Assembly: GCA_903867985.1 (NCBI GenBank)
Contig: CAIPTO010000083.1
Span: forward strand, 20,664 to 84,663
DNA length: 64,000 nt
Source of the DNA: an uncultured Elusimicrobia bacterium
GTDB lineage: Bacteria; Elusimicrobiota; Elusimicrobia; Elusimicrobiales; UBA9959
Direction: 5' to 3'
Both the position numbers and the translations under genes were made by a program. Below, piece after piece: positions 53,906 through 62,724 of the stretch (within the stretch, counting starts at the first letter, position 1; the number at the start of each line of letters is the position of its first letter). The notes under the pieces are model-generated. The model had not been told where the DNA came from and searched no databases. It saw only the letters and a program-made list of their open reading frames with translations.

Positions 53906-55087
53906 TTATATTATGTTCAGTTCTTTGCCCACTTTGCGGAACTTATCTACGGCGAATTCAAGGTCCTTTATCGTGTGGCCGGCGGTCACTATCGTGCGCA
54001 GGCGCTCTTTGCCCCTTGGGACAGTGGGAAAACCGAGGGCGAGAGCGAACACGCCCTCTTCGAAAAGGCGGTTTGAGAACTCTACGGCTTTCGCCGTCAT
54101 GACGGGCGTGATGGGTGTTACCGAGGCGCCGGTGTCGAAACCGGCTTTCTTCAGTTCTTCTTTCAGAAATGCGGTGTTGTCCCAAAGGCTTTTTAAATGC
54201 CGCGGTTCGGTGAGCAATAGGTCAAGAACCGCCAGCGAGGTCGCAGCCACTGACGGCGGCTGTGAACTGGAGAATAGGAAGGGTCTGGCTACTGAGCCCA
54301 GATAATCTCTGAGATTCCGTGTCGTGGCCGCGTATCCGCCTACGGACGCGAAAGCTTTTGAAAGCGTTCCTATTTGTATCTCCACCTTCCCGTCAAGATT
54401 GAAATGGCTTACGGTGCCGCGGCCTTCCTTGCCGATGACGCCGCTGGCGTGCGCGTCGTCCACCATAACAAAAGCTCCGTATTTATGCGCCGTGGCCACA
54501 ACCTCGTCGAGTTGCGCGATATCGCCGTCCATGGAAAACACCCCGTCGGTGACCACCATCTTTCTGCGGGCCTTTCTCGCCTCCGGGGTTTCAAGTATCT
54601 CTATCAGATGCTTGGTATCTTTGTGACGGTAAATCTTACGGGGAGCTTTGGCCAGGCGCGCGCCGTCTATTATTGAGGCATGGTTGAGTTCGTCGGAAAT
54701 AAGCAGGTCGGCTTCACTTGACATCAGGGACTGGCAGACCGCGACGTTCGAGGTAAAGCCGGACTGGAAGAGGATGGAGGCTTCGGAGTGTTTGAAGGCG
54801 GCAAATTTGCTTTCCAGTTCTTCATGGATCGACATGGTGCCGATGATGGTGCGCACGGCCGCGGAGCCCACGCCGTATTTTTCTATTGCTTCGATGGCGG
54901 CTCTTTTTACTTTGTGGTTATTGGCCAGGGCCAGGTAATTATTGGAGGTAAGGTTGATAACTCTTTTCCCGTCAATTACGGAAACCGGTTCCTGCGCGGA
55001 CTCCAGGACGCGGGGCTTAATGAAACGGCCTTCCTTTTTAAGCGCGGCGACTTCGTCTTGCGCGAATTTCAGCGTATCAAAAATCAT
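53906..55087 (-). CDS. kbl: Glycine C-acetyltransferase (2-amino-3-ketobutyrate CoA ligase)
   Basis: 393 aa class-II aminotransferase. PLP-lysine context GTLSKAF. VDDAHASG. Confidence 0.9.
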   Translation of the reverse strand: MIFDTLKFAQDEVAALKKEGRFIKPRVLESAQEPVSVIDGKRVINLTSNNYLALANNHKVKRAAIEAIEKYGVGSAAVRTIIGTMSIHEELESKFAAFKHSEASILFQSGFTSNVAVCQSLMSSEADLLISDELNHASIIDGARLAKAPRKIYRHKDTKHLIEILETPEARKARRKMVVTDGVFSMDGDIAQLDEVVATAHKYGAFVMVDDAHASGVIGKEGRGTVSHFNLDGKVEIQIGTLSKAFASVGGYAATTRNLRDYLGSVARPFLFSSSQPPSVAATSLAVLDLLLTEPRHLKSLWDNTAFLKEELKKAGFDTGASVTPITPVMTAKAVEFSNRLFEEGVFALALGFPTVPRGKERLRTIVTAGHTIKDLEFAVDKFRKVGKELNII

Positions 55088-55124
55088 GTGGTTGTCTCCT
55101 TAATCGACGAAAATGAAAATTTAC

Positions 55125-55249
55125 CGCCATATCCGCCATTGGCCATTCGCGGAAAAATCAGGCAACTCCTTTAAAGCATATGGCGTACGGCTAATAGCAA
55201 GTGGCAGTCCTTTTCTGTTTATGGCAAACGGCTAACGATACTCTGGCGC
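55125..55249. repeat. Inverted word arrays (GCCAT words, then nnnnGGC/ATGGC heptamers) in the tdh-kbl spacer
   Basis: cgccata tccgccat tggccat (55125-55150). Then atatggc gtacggc taatagc aagtggc (55178-55205) and tttatggc aaacggc ... gcctatggc. Confidence 0.8.
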
Positions 55250-56287
55250 CTATGGCGTAAGAATAACTTTGCCGCATTTCTTTTCTTTCGACCCTACCAG
55301 TTCAAAGGCTTTTTTGAAATCCTTGAATTTGAAAGTATGGGTGATTATCGGTCGTGGATCTACCGCGTTTGATTTCAGTATGCTTTCCATCTTGTACCAG
55401 CTCCTGAAAATCTCGCGTCCGGCCACGCCGTAGAGGCGTATGCCTTTTGAGATTATGTCTTTGGCATAATCAAGTTCTATTTTCTTGCCGGGCATACCGA
55501 AGGCGGTGAATCTGCCTCCGTAGCGGAGCACGGATAACCCCAGCCCTATGGCTTTAGGGTCCCCTGACATTTCTATGACGGTATCAACGCCGTCCGGAGA
55601 TTTCGCGGCGTGCTTTATCTTTGTAAAAATATCCTCGGACTGCGGGTCCAGAACGTGGCCCGCGCCCGCTTTTTTTGCCAGCTTCTGCCGGTAGGCGGAG
55701 GAGTCGAGCGCGATAATGTTCTTGGCGCCGCCGGCTCTGGCTATGCCTATGCCGAACAGCCCCTGGGGATCGCAGCCGGAGATAAGCACTGTTTTGCCCA
55801 CGATGTCCTCGGCCAGTACGCCGTAGACGGCGTTGCCGAATGGCTCCATGATGGCGCCAATATCTTTCAGCGAATCGTCTGTGTGCTTCCAGGCGCAGCG
55901 GGCCGGCACGGCCGCGTATTCGGCGAAGCCGCCCGGCGTGTCTATGCCTATCATGCGCACATTGGCGCATACATGGCGCTGATCATTGCGGCACTGATAG
56001 CAGAGACCGCAGAAAATGTGGGATTCAACGGACACGAAATCGCCTTTATTAAAGCCTTTATCCAACTGGCCCATTTCCACTACTTCGCCACAGAGCTCGT
56101 GCCCGAATATCATGGGGGTTTTGACCCGGTCCGGCGCCCAGCCTGTCCAGTTGTAGATCGCCAGATCATTCTCGCAAATGGCGGCGTGATCCACCCTCAA
56201 AAGCAGCTCGTCTTTATTGATGACCGGGACGTCGCAGTCTGTATATTCGGCGCCGGGTCCGGGAGATAGTTTGCAGATAGCTTTCAT
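55250..56287 (-). CDS. tdh: L-threonine 3-dehydrogenase (Zn-dependent MDR)
   Basis: GHELCGEVVEMG catalytic Zn motif, structural Zn cysteines CGLCYQCRNDQRHVC. Adjacent to kbl. Confidence 0.88.
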   Translation of the reverse strand: MKAICKLSPGPGAEYTDCDVPVINKDELLLRVDHAAICENDLAIYNWTGWAPDRVKTPMIFGHELCGEVVEMGQLDKGFNKGDFVSVESHIFCGLCYQCRNDQRHVCANVRMIGIDTPGGFAEYAAVPARCAWKHTDDSLKDIGAIMEPFGNAVYGVLAEDIVGKTVLISGCDPQGLFGIGIARAGGAKNIIALDSSAYRQKLAKKAGAGHVLDPQSEDIFTKIKHAAKSPDGVDTVIEMSGDPKAIGLGLSVLRYGGRFTAFGMPGKKIELDYAKDIISKGIRLYGVAGREIFRSWYKMESILKSNAVDPRPIITHTFKFKDFKKAFELVGSKEKKCGKVILTP

Positions 56288-56512
56288 GAAGGCTCCTTGT
56301 TCAAATAGGCCGGGTTGTTCAGGTTAAACATCTGACTTCTATCATATAAAAAAACAAAACATAAAAAAATGTTTTTAATTAGGGGCAAATTTAGTAAATT
56401 ATCTGTAGCAGTCAGGTCGCTCAGCCTGGAGGCCGGTGGTTTAAAATTTACGCTTCTTCTCCGCAGTCTGACTGTCTATAGTCTATTCGCTTGAGCGGTT
56501 CCTTTTCCCTAT

Positions 56513-56908
56513 ATGGCCAACGAAACACTTTTCACTCCGTCAAGCGACAGGGTTTACCTGCTGCCCAAGAACCCGGCCGCGGTTTTTGTCTGCTGGACCT
56601 GGAGCCGGTCCATGGAGGAAACTTTTGAAGCCCGGACATACGAGCCGGAAATAATTGTGAAGATCTCCGCCGTGGACGACAAAGCTCTGACCTCGGAAGT
56701 TTCCGCCCAATGGAATGCGGGTAAGCTTTATATGAAACCGCCCGTTGAAGGCCGGACATATACCGCCGCCGTCTATGTCCGCAAAAAAGACGGCACCCAG
56801 GAAAAAATCCTGGAGAGCAACGTAGCGGCCACACCCATATCGGCTCCCAGACAGATTCTGTCGGCCGGGTACTCAAGTTCCGAATTTTTCCGGAAGGATC
56901 CTGTATGA
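56513..56908 (+). CDS. DUF4912-like small protein coupled to the GH57 gene
   Basis: 131 aa. DRVYLLPKNPAAVFVCWTWS pattern. ATGA overlap with the downstream GH57 gene. Confidence 0.55.
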   Translation: MANETLFTPSSDRVYLLPKNPAAVFVCWTWSRSMEETFEARTYEPEIIVKISAVDDKALTSEVSAQWNAGKLYMKPPVEGRTYTAAVYVRKKDGTQEKILESNVAATPISAPRQILSAGYSSSEFFRKDPV

Positions 56909-58509
56909 GTTCCAAAGGTTCTCTGCTTTTCCTCCTGCACGCGCATCTTCCGTATGTCAATCATCCGGAGCAGCAGGATTTTCTGGAAGAGAACTGGTTC
57001 TTTGAAGGCGTGGTGGAAACCTATATACCGCTTATTTCCATGCTTGACAGGCTTGTGCGGGACGGTATCAGGCCCGGCATCGCCATTTCTATCTCGCCGA
57101 CCCTTGGCGCGATGCTTGAGAACGAGCAGTTGGAAAAAAAACTCAACCGCTACATTGACGCGCGCCTGGAACTGATAGATAAAGAACTTATCCGCACTGA
57201 GAACGATCCTGTACTTTCAAAGACAGTGAGGCTTTACGCCGGGCTTTACGGTGAAGCGGCTAGGATCATCCATAAGTATAGCGGCGATCTTATCACCCCT
57301 TTAAAGCAACTTCAGCACGCAGGGCATATTGAGATCATAACCACTTCAGCCACGCACTCGATTCTGCCTCTGTTGGCGCACCCTGAAGCGCTGCGCGCTC
57401 AGATATCTGCCGCGGCTGATGATTATTTTGACAGGTTTAACAGGAAAGCGTCCGGTTTCTGGCTGCCGGAATGCGCTTATGACGCCCGTCTTCAGACTTA
57501 CCTTAAGCTTTCCGGATTCAAATACATTTTTACGGAGTCTCACGCCGTTAGTTTTTCCGACGCGGCGCCCAAGAACGGCGTCTATGCGTCCTACCGTACG
57601 CCCAATGGTCTCAACCTTTTTGCCCGCGACGCTGACTCTTCCAAAGAAGTATGGAGCGCTAAATTCGGCTATCCGGGAGCCCCCGCCTACAGAGAGTTTT
57701 ACCGCGACTTAGGATACGACGCCGACTATGATTACATAAAGCCTTATTTGAGCACAGACGGCACGCGCCGATCCCTGGGCCTGAAGTACCACCGCATCAC
57801 GGGTTCCGTGGACCTTGCCCAAAAGCTTTATTACGATTCCGACGAAGCCCTGGCCACCGTTGAGCGCCACGCCGCCGATTTCCTTGCCCGCCGTATGAAA
57901 CAGATTGACGAAATTCACGCCTCTAAAAGTATTCGGCCGGTAATCGTGGGTTGCTATGACGCGGAACTGTTCGGTCACTGGTGGTTTGAAGGGCCGGCCT
58001 TCCTGGAAAGTGTCATAAGGAAGATAAGGCAGGATCGGCTGCCCCTGCAATTCGTCACACCCGAAGAATACATGAATACCTGTCCTGAACCCGTTGAAAT
58101 AAATCCTCAGATTTCTTCCTGGGGAGAGAATGGCTATTTTGATCCTTGGGTTAACGAGTCTAATGATGTTATCTATCCAAAGATCCTGGACGTGACGGAC
58201 AAGATGATCATGACCGCCAACAGATTCCGCAACCAAGACCTGTCCACTGTCACTCTCAGGGCCCTTAACCAGGCCGCCCGGGAGGTCCTGCTCGCTCAGA
58301 GTTCCGATTGGCCGTTTCTTATGTATATAGGTTCCCACTCGCAATATGCCGCCGGTCGCGTAGAAACTCATACAACCAACGCCATACGACTGCTTTCCGA
58401 AGTCCTGGAGAAGCGCGTTGATGAAAAAAATCTTCTCAGCCTGGAAAAAAAGAACAGCCTGTTCCCCAAACTGGATTTCAGGCTGTTCGCTTCAGTGTCT
58501 AAGTTATAA
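56905..58509 (+). CDS. Glycoside hydrolase family 57 (alpha-glucan branching enzyme-like)
   Basis: LFLLHAHLPYVNHPE start. GHIEIITTSATHSILPLL. WLPECAY. CYDAELFGHWWFEGP. Confidence 0.85.
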   Translation: MSSKGSLLFLLHAHLPYVNHPEQQDFLEENWFFEGVVETYIPLISMLDRLVRDGIRPGIAISISPTLGAMLENEQLEKKLNRYIDARLELIDKELIRTENDPVLSKTVRLYAGLYGEAARIIHKYSGDLITPLKQLQHAGHIEIITTSATHSILPLLAHPEALRAQISAAADDYFDRFNRKASGFWLPECAYDARLQTYLKLSGFKYIFTESHAVSFSDAAPKNGVYASYRTPNGLNLFARDADSSKEVWSAKFGYPGAPAYREFYRDLGYDADYDYIKPYLSTDGTRRSLGLKYHRITGSVDLAQKLYYDSDEALATVERHAADFLARRMKQIDEIHASKSIRPVIVGCYDAELFGHWWFEGPAFLESVIRKIRQDRLPLQFVTPEEYMNTCPEPVEINPQISSWGENGYFDPWVNESNDVIYPKILDVTDKMIMTANRFRNQDLSTVTLRALNQAAREVLLAQSSDWPFLMYIGSHSQYAAGRVETHTTNAIRLLSEVLEKRVDEKNLLSLEKKNSLFPKLDFRLFASVSKL

Positions 58510-58556
58510 AGGGCTGGATTATGTCTGGTCCGTCGTTCTTCCAATTCCTGGATTCT

Positions 58557-59474
58557 CTATTTGTCCGCTTTTTTGATTTTGGTCCATTCCCGCAGGAAAT
58601 CTTCCGGCAGCTCCACTTTCAGAGTCATGTTCTTGTTCTTCGAGGGGTGCATAAAAGTTATTTCGCGCGAGTGAAGCATGAGGCGGGAAGCTCTTTCCCC
58701 GGCGTAAAGCCTGTCGCCGACTATCGGGTGGCCTATGAACTCCAGATGAATTCTTATCTGGTTGGTGCGGCCCGTGCGGGGGTAAACCTCGAGCATGGCG
58801 TGTTTCCCTGTTTTTTCCGTCACCTTGAAATCCGTGAGCGCGGCCCGGCCGTACTCCCATACTTTTATTTTTTTGAAGCCTGAAGCGCGGCCTATAGGCG
58901 CATCTATGGACCCGGTCTTTTTAGACGGCACTCCTCCGACAACGCCAACATATGTTTTTTCCACCAGCCTTTCGCGGAATTGGGTTTGCAGGGCGGTTTG
59001 CGCTTGAAGCGTTTTCGCAACCAGCATGAGGCCGCTAGTGTCCCGGTCCAGGCGGTGTACCAGGCCCATGCGGGGGACTTTATTATTACCCAGTTCCGGG
59101 CGCGCCCGGAGCAGCATCGATACAAGTGTGGGTTCACAGATAAGGCAGGCTTCGGGGCGGCGCTCCCAGTTGGAATCGTTGGGATGCACGCTTACGCCCG
59201 CAGGTTTTGAGACTGCCAGCAGGTCTTTGTCCTCATATATTATAATGGAGTCGAGTGCGGCAGTTTCCTTTTTCCCCATGGCCGGAAGGTCTATTGTAAC
59301 AGAGTCGCCGGGTTCAAGCAAAAAAGACGGTTTTCTTACCGTGCCGTTTACCAGTGCCCTGCCGTCATTGATCATCCGCTTTACGAATTCCCTTGATAGC
59401 CCGGATTCAGAGCGGGTTATAAATACGTCAAGCCTTTCCGGCGCGCCTTCAAATATCATTGCCTGTGTTTTCAT
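58557..59474 (-). CDS. rluD: 23S rRNA pseudouridine synthase, RluA/RluD family
   Basis: S4-like N-terminus, catalytic HRLDRDTSG. Start set at ATG 59474, which forms an ATGA overlap with the lgt stop. Confidence 0.88.
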   Translation of the reverse strand: MKTQAMIFEGAPERLDVFITRSESGLSREFVKRMINDGRALVNGTVRKPSFLLEPGDSVTIDLPAMGKKETAALDSIIIYEDKDLLAVSKPAGVSVHPNDSNWERRPEACLICEPTLVSMLLRARPELGNNKVPRMGLVHRLDRDTSGLMLVAKTLQAQTALQTQFRERLVEKTYVGVVGGVPSKKTGSIDAPIGRASGFKKIKVWEYGRAALTDFKVTEKTGKHAMLEVYPRTGRTNQIRIHLEFIGHPIVGDRLYAGERASRLMLHSREITFMHPSKNKNMTLKVELPEDFLREWTKIKKADK

Positions 59475-60250
59475 TTTTTTCTCACAATAGTAATTATAAA
59501 TATCGCGGCTGAAGCCACGAGGAGCGACAATATCTGAGCGGGTGAAAGCCCCAGCCACGATCCTCCGCGGTCGTCTCCCCTCAGGAATTCCACCAGGAAG
59601 CGCAGGATCGAATACGCCAGCATATAGGCGGCTAATATCACGCCTCCGGGCAGCGGTTTTTCACGGCGTGACAACCAGACCAGACCTCCGAATATTAAAA
59701 AATTTCCAGCCGCTTCAATAAGTTGTGTCGGATATAGCGGCACGCCCAGGTATGCCTGCGGGACCTCTGATAAAGGGTCAGTAAAGGCCATTCCTAAATT
59801 GCCGGGTGAGGGGCGGCCATAGCAGCAACCGGCCATAAAACAGCCTATTCTGCCGAATCCATGCGCCAAGGCCAGCGCCGGAGCGAAATAGTCTGCGGCT
59901 TTGAGGAAATTAAGTTTATGGCGGCGGCAATAGACAAAGAAGGCCGCGGCGCCGGCGGCAAAACCGCCGTAAAACACGAAACCGTACTTGAAAGATTTCA
60001 TAACATAAAGGAGCTTTGAGATGAGGTCCGGACCCAATTCGCTCCAGTATGTGACGGCGAATACAACTTTCGCGCCCAATATCCCTGACAGGGCCGAATA
60101 AAATACCAGATCAGCGGTCTGTTCCCTGGTGATAGCGGAGCTGGCGCGGCTCTTAAGAAGATAGAAAATCGCAGCCGAGTACCCGAGGGCTACCATAAAC
60201 CCGTAGGCTGGCAGTTTAAAACCGACGAGGTGTAATAAAAAAGGGTGCAT
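59471..60250 (-). CDS. lgt: Prolipoprotein diacylglyceryl transferase
   Basis: Polytopic. GRIGCFMAGCCYGRP signature. Confidence 0.92.
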   Translation of the reverse strand: MHPFLLHLVGFKLPAYGFMVALGYSAAIFYLLKSRASSAITREQTADLVFYSALSGILGAKVVFAVTYWSELGPDLISKLLYVMKSFKYGFVFYGGFAAGAAAFFVYCRRHKLNFLKAADYFAPALALAHGFGRIGCFMAGCCYGRPSPGNLGMAFTDPLSEVPQAYLGVPLYPTQLIEAAGNFLIFGGLVWLSRREKPLPGGVILAAYMLAYSILRFLVEFLRGDDRGGSWLGLSPAQILSLLVASAAIFIITIVRKK

Positions 60251-60371
60251 GTTCAGTATTTAAGACCGTGCGATTCAACATCTTTGGATTACGATTTAAA
60301 AGCGATAATCCTTTAATTAGTTTATCCTTTAAGGATTGTCCGCGCAAGCGCAGATTCCGCCCAGGCCCTTC

Positions 60372-61001
60372 TCATGCCGCGGCTTTCAGGAATTCAGCCT
60401 CGCTTTTAGCGGCCAGTTTCATATAAATATTACATTCCTTCTGCACCCCGATGGTGGAACTGTTTCCGTTGTAGGAGTGACCGGGGTAAAGCGTTGTTTC
60501 TCCGCTGAGGGCGGCGAGCTTTAAAAGACTAATGCGCAGAGCTTTGGGGTCGGAGCCGGGCAGATCCACTCTGCCGCATCCGCCCACAAAGAGCGTGTCT
60601 CCCGTGAACACGCAGCCGCCTGCCACATAAGAGACAGAACCGGGGGTATGTCCCGGAGTATGTATCACCTTTATTTTAACGCGCCCGAGAACGAGTTCGT
60701 CATTGTCTTTAATCAGGTTCAGCGGTTTAATGTCGTCACCCAGGAGGAACAGGTCGTTCTTATGCATGGTAAGGGTAAGGGCCTTATCCTTATCCAGAAA
60801 ATAGCGGGCGGCGTTGACGTGATCAGGATGAGCGTGAGTCAGAAGCAGGAGTTTAAGGGCGAGTTTTTCTTTTTGCAGGAAGTCCTCGATTTTTTTCGGC
60901 TGCCAGGCCGGGTCGATAACGGCGGCTTCTCTCAGATGTGTGTCCCAGACCACGTAGGAAAAATTATCCATGGGGCCCAGCTTGAGTTGTTCTGCCTTCA
61001 T
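60372..61001 (-). CDS. MBL-fold metallo-hydrolase (glyoxalase II-like)
   Basis: HxHxDH motif LLTHAHPDHV. Downstream HTPGHTPGS. Confidence 0.85.
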   Translation of the reverse strand: MKAEQLKLGPMDNFSYVVWDTHLREAAVIDPAWQPKKIEDFLQKEKLALKLLLLTHAHPDHVNAARYFLDKDKALTLTMHKNDLFLLGDDIKPLNLIKDNDELVLGRVKIKVIHTPGHTPGSVSYVAGGCVFTGDTLFVGGCGRVDLPGSDPKALRISLLKLAALSGETTLYPGHSYNGNSSTIGVQKECNIYMKLAAKSEAEFLKAAA

Positions 61002-61285
61002 TTATCGTCCTTTGGCGGCGGAAAGCGGTATTCTATTTCGCCGGGTTTTATTAGGCCCAGTTCTTTGCGGGCCGTATGTTCTATCTGCCCGGGTTCCTTC
61101 ATTGTTGAAAAACTTTTTTCGAGTCCCAACTCCTCCGATTTAAGTTCTATTTTCTGGTTTTTAAGCCGCCTTAATTCCAGGTAGTTTTTTATCAGCGACC
61201 TGAAGCCTCTGTTTGCCAATAGAAATATAGTCAGCGCAAGTAGAATAATATATTTAAGCTTGGCTTTATGCTTTTTAGGCTGCAT
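60998..61285 (-). CDS. ftsB: Septum formation initiator (FtsB/DivIC family)
   Basis: 95 aa. N-terminal TM, coiled coil, C-terminal IEHTARKELGLIKPGEIEYRF. Immediately downstream of eno, a commonly conserved synteny. Confidence 0.8.
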   Translation of the reverse strand: MQPKKHKAKLKYIILLALTIFLLANRGFRSLIKNYLELRRLKNQKIELKSEELGLEKSFSTMKEPGQIEHTARKELGLIKPGEIEYRFPPPKDDK

Positions 61286-61289
61286 AGTT

Positions 61290-61392
61290 GAGGTTGTGAA
61301 ACAACGAACAGCGAAACAGCGAAGCAGTCGGCTGACAAGAATTTTATTCTCTGCGCGCCATTTCGCTGCTTCCCTACTTCGCTGTCAGCTGA
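61290..61392. repeat. Inverted word arrays (GAAACAGC words, then complementary GCTG words) between eno and ftsB
   Basis: gaaacaac gaacagc gaaacagc gaagcag tcggctgacaag ... atttcgctgcttc cctacttcgctgtcagctg. Confidence 0.75.
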
Positions 61393-61398
61393 ATTTTT

Positions 61399-62682
61399 CT
61401 ATTTAAATCTGAACGCCATGTCTTTGGCGTATTTGGCTTTCTTGCCCAGTTCTTCCTCTATCCTGATGAGCTGGTTGTATTTGCACAGGCGCTCCGAACG
61501 GCAGGGCGCACCGGTCTTTATGGCTCCGGCGTTTGTTGCCACTGCCAGGTCGGCTATAAAGGCGTCTTCCGTCTCGCCGGAGCGGTGAGAGATGATGGTC
61601 GCGTAATCGGCTTTCTGCGCCATTTCTATAACGCGCACGGTTTCGGTCAGGGACCCTATCTGGTTCAGTTTGATCAGGATGGCGTTGGCTATGCCCTCTT
61701 CTATTCCGCGTTTCAGGCGCTCCGGGTTGGTGACAAAAATATCGTCGCCCACGATGCGGGCCTTTTTCCCCAGCTGTTTGGTCATGTGCTCCCAGCCTTC
61801 CCAATCGTCCTCGGCAAGGGGGTCTTCATAGGAAATAAGAGGGAAATGTTTTTTCCATTCCGAATATTTGCTGGTCATCTCCTGGTGGGTGAGGTTAGAA
61901 CTCTCAAACACGTAGCGGTCATTCTGGTGGAACTCGCTAGCGGCCGAATCCAGGGCCAGTTGGACTTCCTTGAAGGTATAGCCGGCGTCCTTTATTGCCT
62001 TGCAGATAGTTTCAAGCACGGATTCGTGGGTGAAGATCTTGGGGGCGAAACCGCCTTCGTCTCCTACGGACACCGTATAACCGCCCTTGGACAGGATGCC
62101 TTTGAGGGTGTGATATATTTCCGATCCGACGCGTATAGCCTCGGAAAACTTTGTGACGCCTGTAGGGACGATCATAAATTCCTGAATGTTGATGCCGGAG
62201 TCGGCGTGCTTGCCGCCGTTTACGATATTGAGCATAGGGGCCGGGATAATAAAGTCCTTGTGCCTTATGCCGTAAGCTTTGCGAATATAGGCGTAAAGCG
62301 GCAGCCTGGCGGACGCCGCGGCGGCCCGCGCCAGGGCCATGGAAACCGAGAGTATGGCGTTCGCGCCCAGCTTTGATTTCGTATGGGTGCCGTCCAGCTC
62401 TATCATAAGCTCGTCTATTTTAACCTGGTCTGTTTTCAGGCCGGCGATTTCGGGTGCGATAAGGTCGTTGACATTTTCAACGGCCTTGACCACGCCCTTA
62501 CCCTGATAGCGCTTGCCGCCGTCGCGCAGTTCCAGGGCCTCGTGAGTGCCGGTGGAGGCACCGCTCGGGACCGCGGCGCGTCCGAAGGACCCGTCCGTTA
62601 AATATATGTCGGTTTCAACCGTGGGGAAACCTCGTGAGTCAAGTATCTCTCTTGCAGTTACTTTTTTAATTTTAGCGTCCAT
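61399..62682 (-). CDS. eno: Enolase
   Basis: 427 aa. ILDSRGFPTVE start. SHRSGETED. Confidence 0.97.
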   Translation of the reverse strand: MDAKIKKVTAREILDSRGFPTVETDIYLTDGSFGRAAVPSGASTGTHEALELRDGGKRYQGKGVVKAVENVNDLIAPEIAGLKTDQVKIDELMIELDGTHTKSKLGANAILSVSMALARAAAASARLPLYAYIRKAYGIRHKDFIIPAPMLNIVNGGKHADSGINIQEFMIVPTGVTKFSEAIRVGSEIYHTLKGILSKGGYTVSVGDEGGFAPKIFTHESVLETICKAIKDAGYTFKEVQLALDSAASEFHQNDRYVFESSNLTHQEMTSKYSEWKKHFPLISYEDPLAEDDWEGWEHMTKQLGKKARIVGDDIFVTNPERLKRGIEEGIANAILIKLNQIGSLTETVRVIEMAQKADYATIISHRSGETEDAFIADLAVATNAGAIKTGAPCRSERLCKYNQLIRIEEELGKKAKYAKDMAFRFK

Positions 62683-62724
62683 ATTTTTCTCCTCTCAATC
62701 GTATCTGGCACATTCCGCCAGGGT

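Noticed and set aside
5406-55249. Heptamer and octamer tandem arrays considered as CRISPR-like or minisatellite arrays.
   Set aside because: Units of 7-8 nt with no spacers are far too short for CRISPR, and there are no cas genes. The arrays are reported instead as a separate word-array phenomenon.
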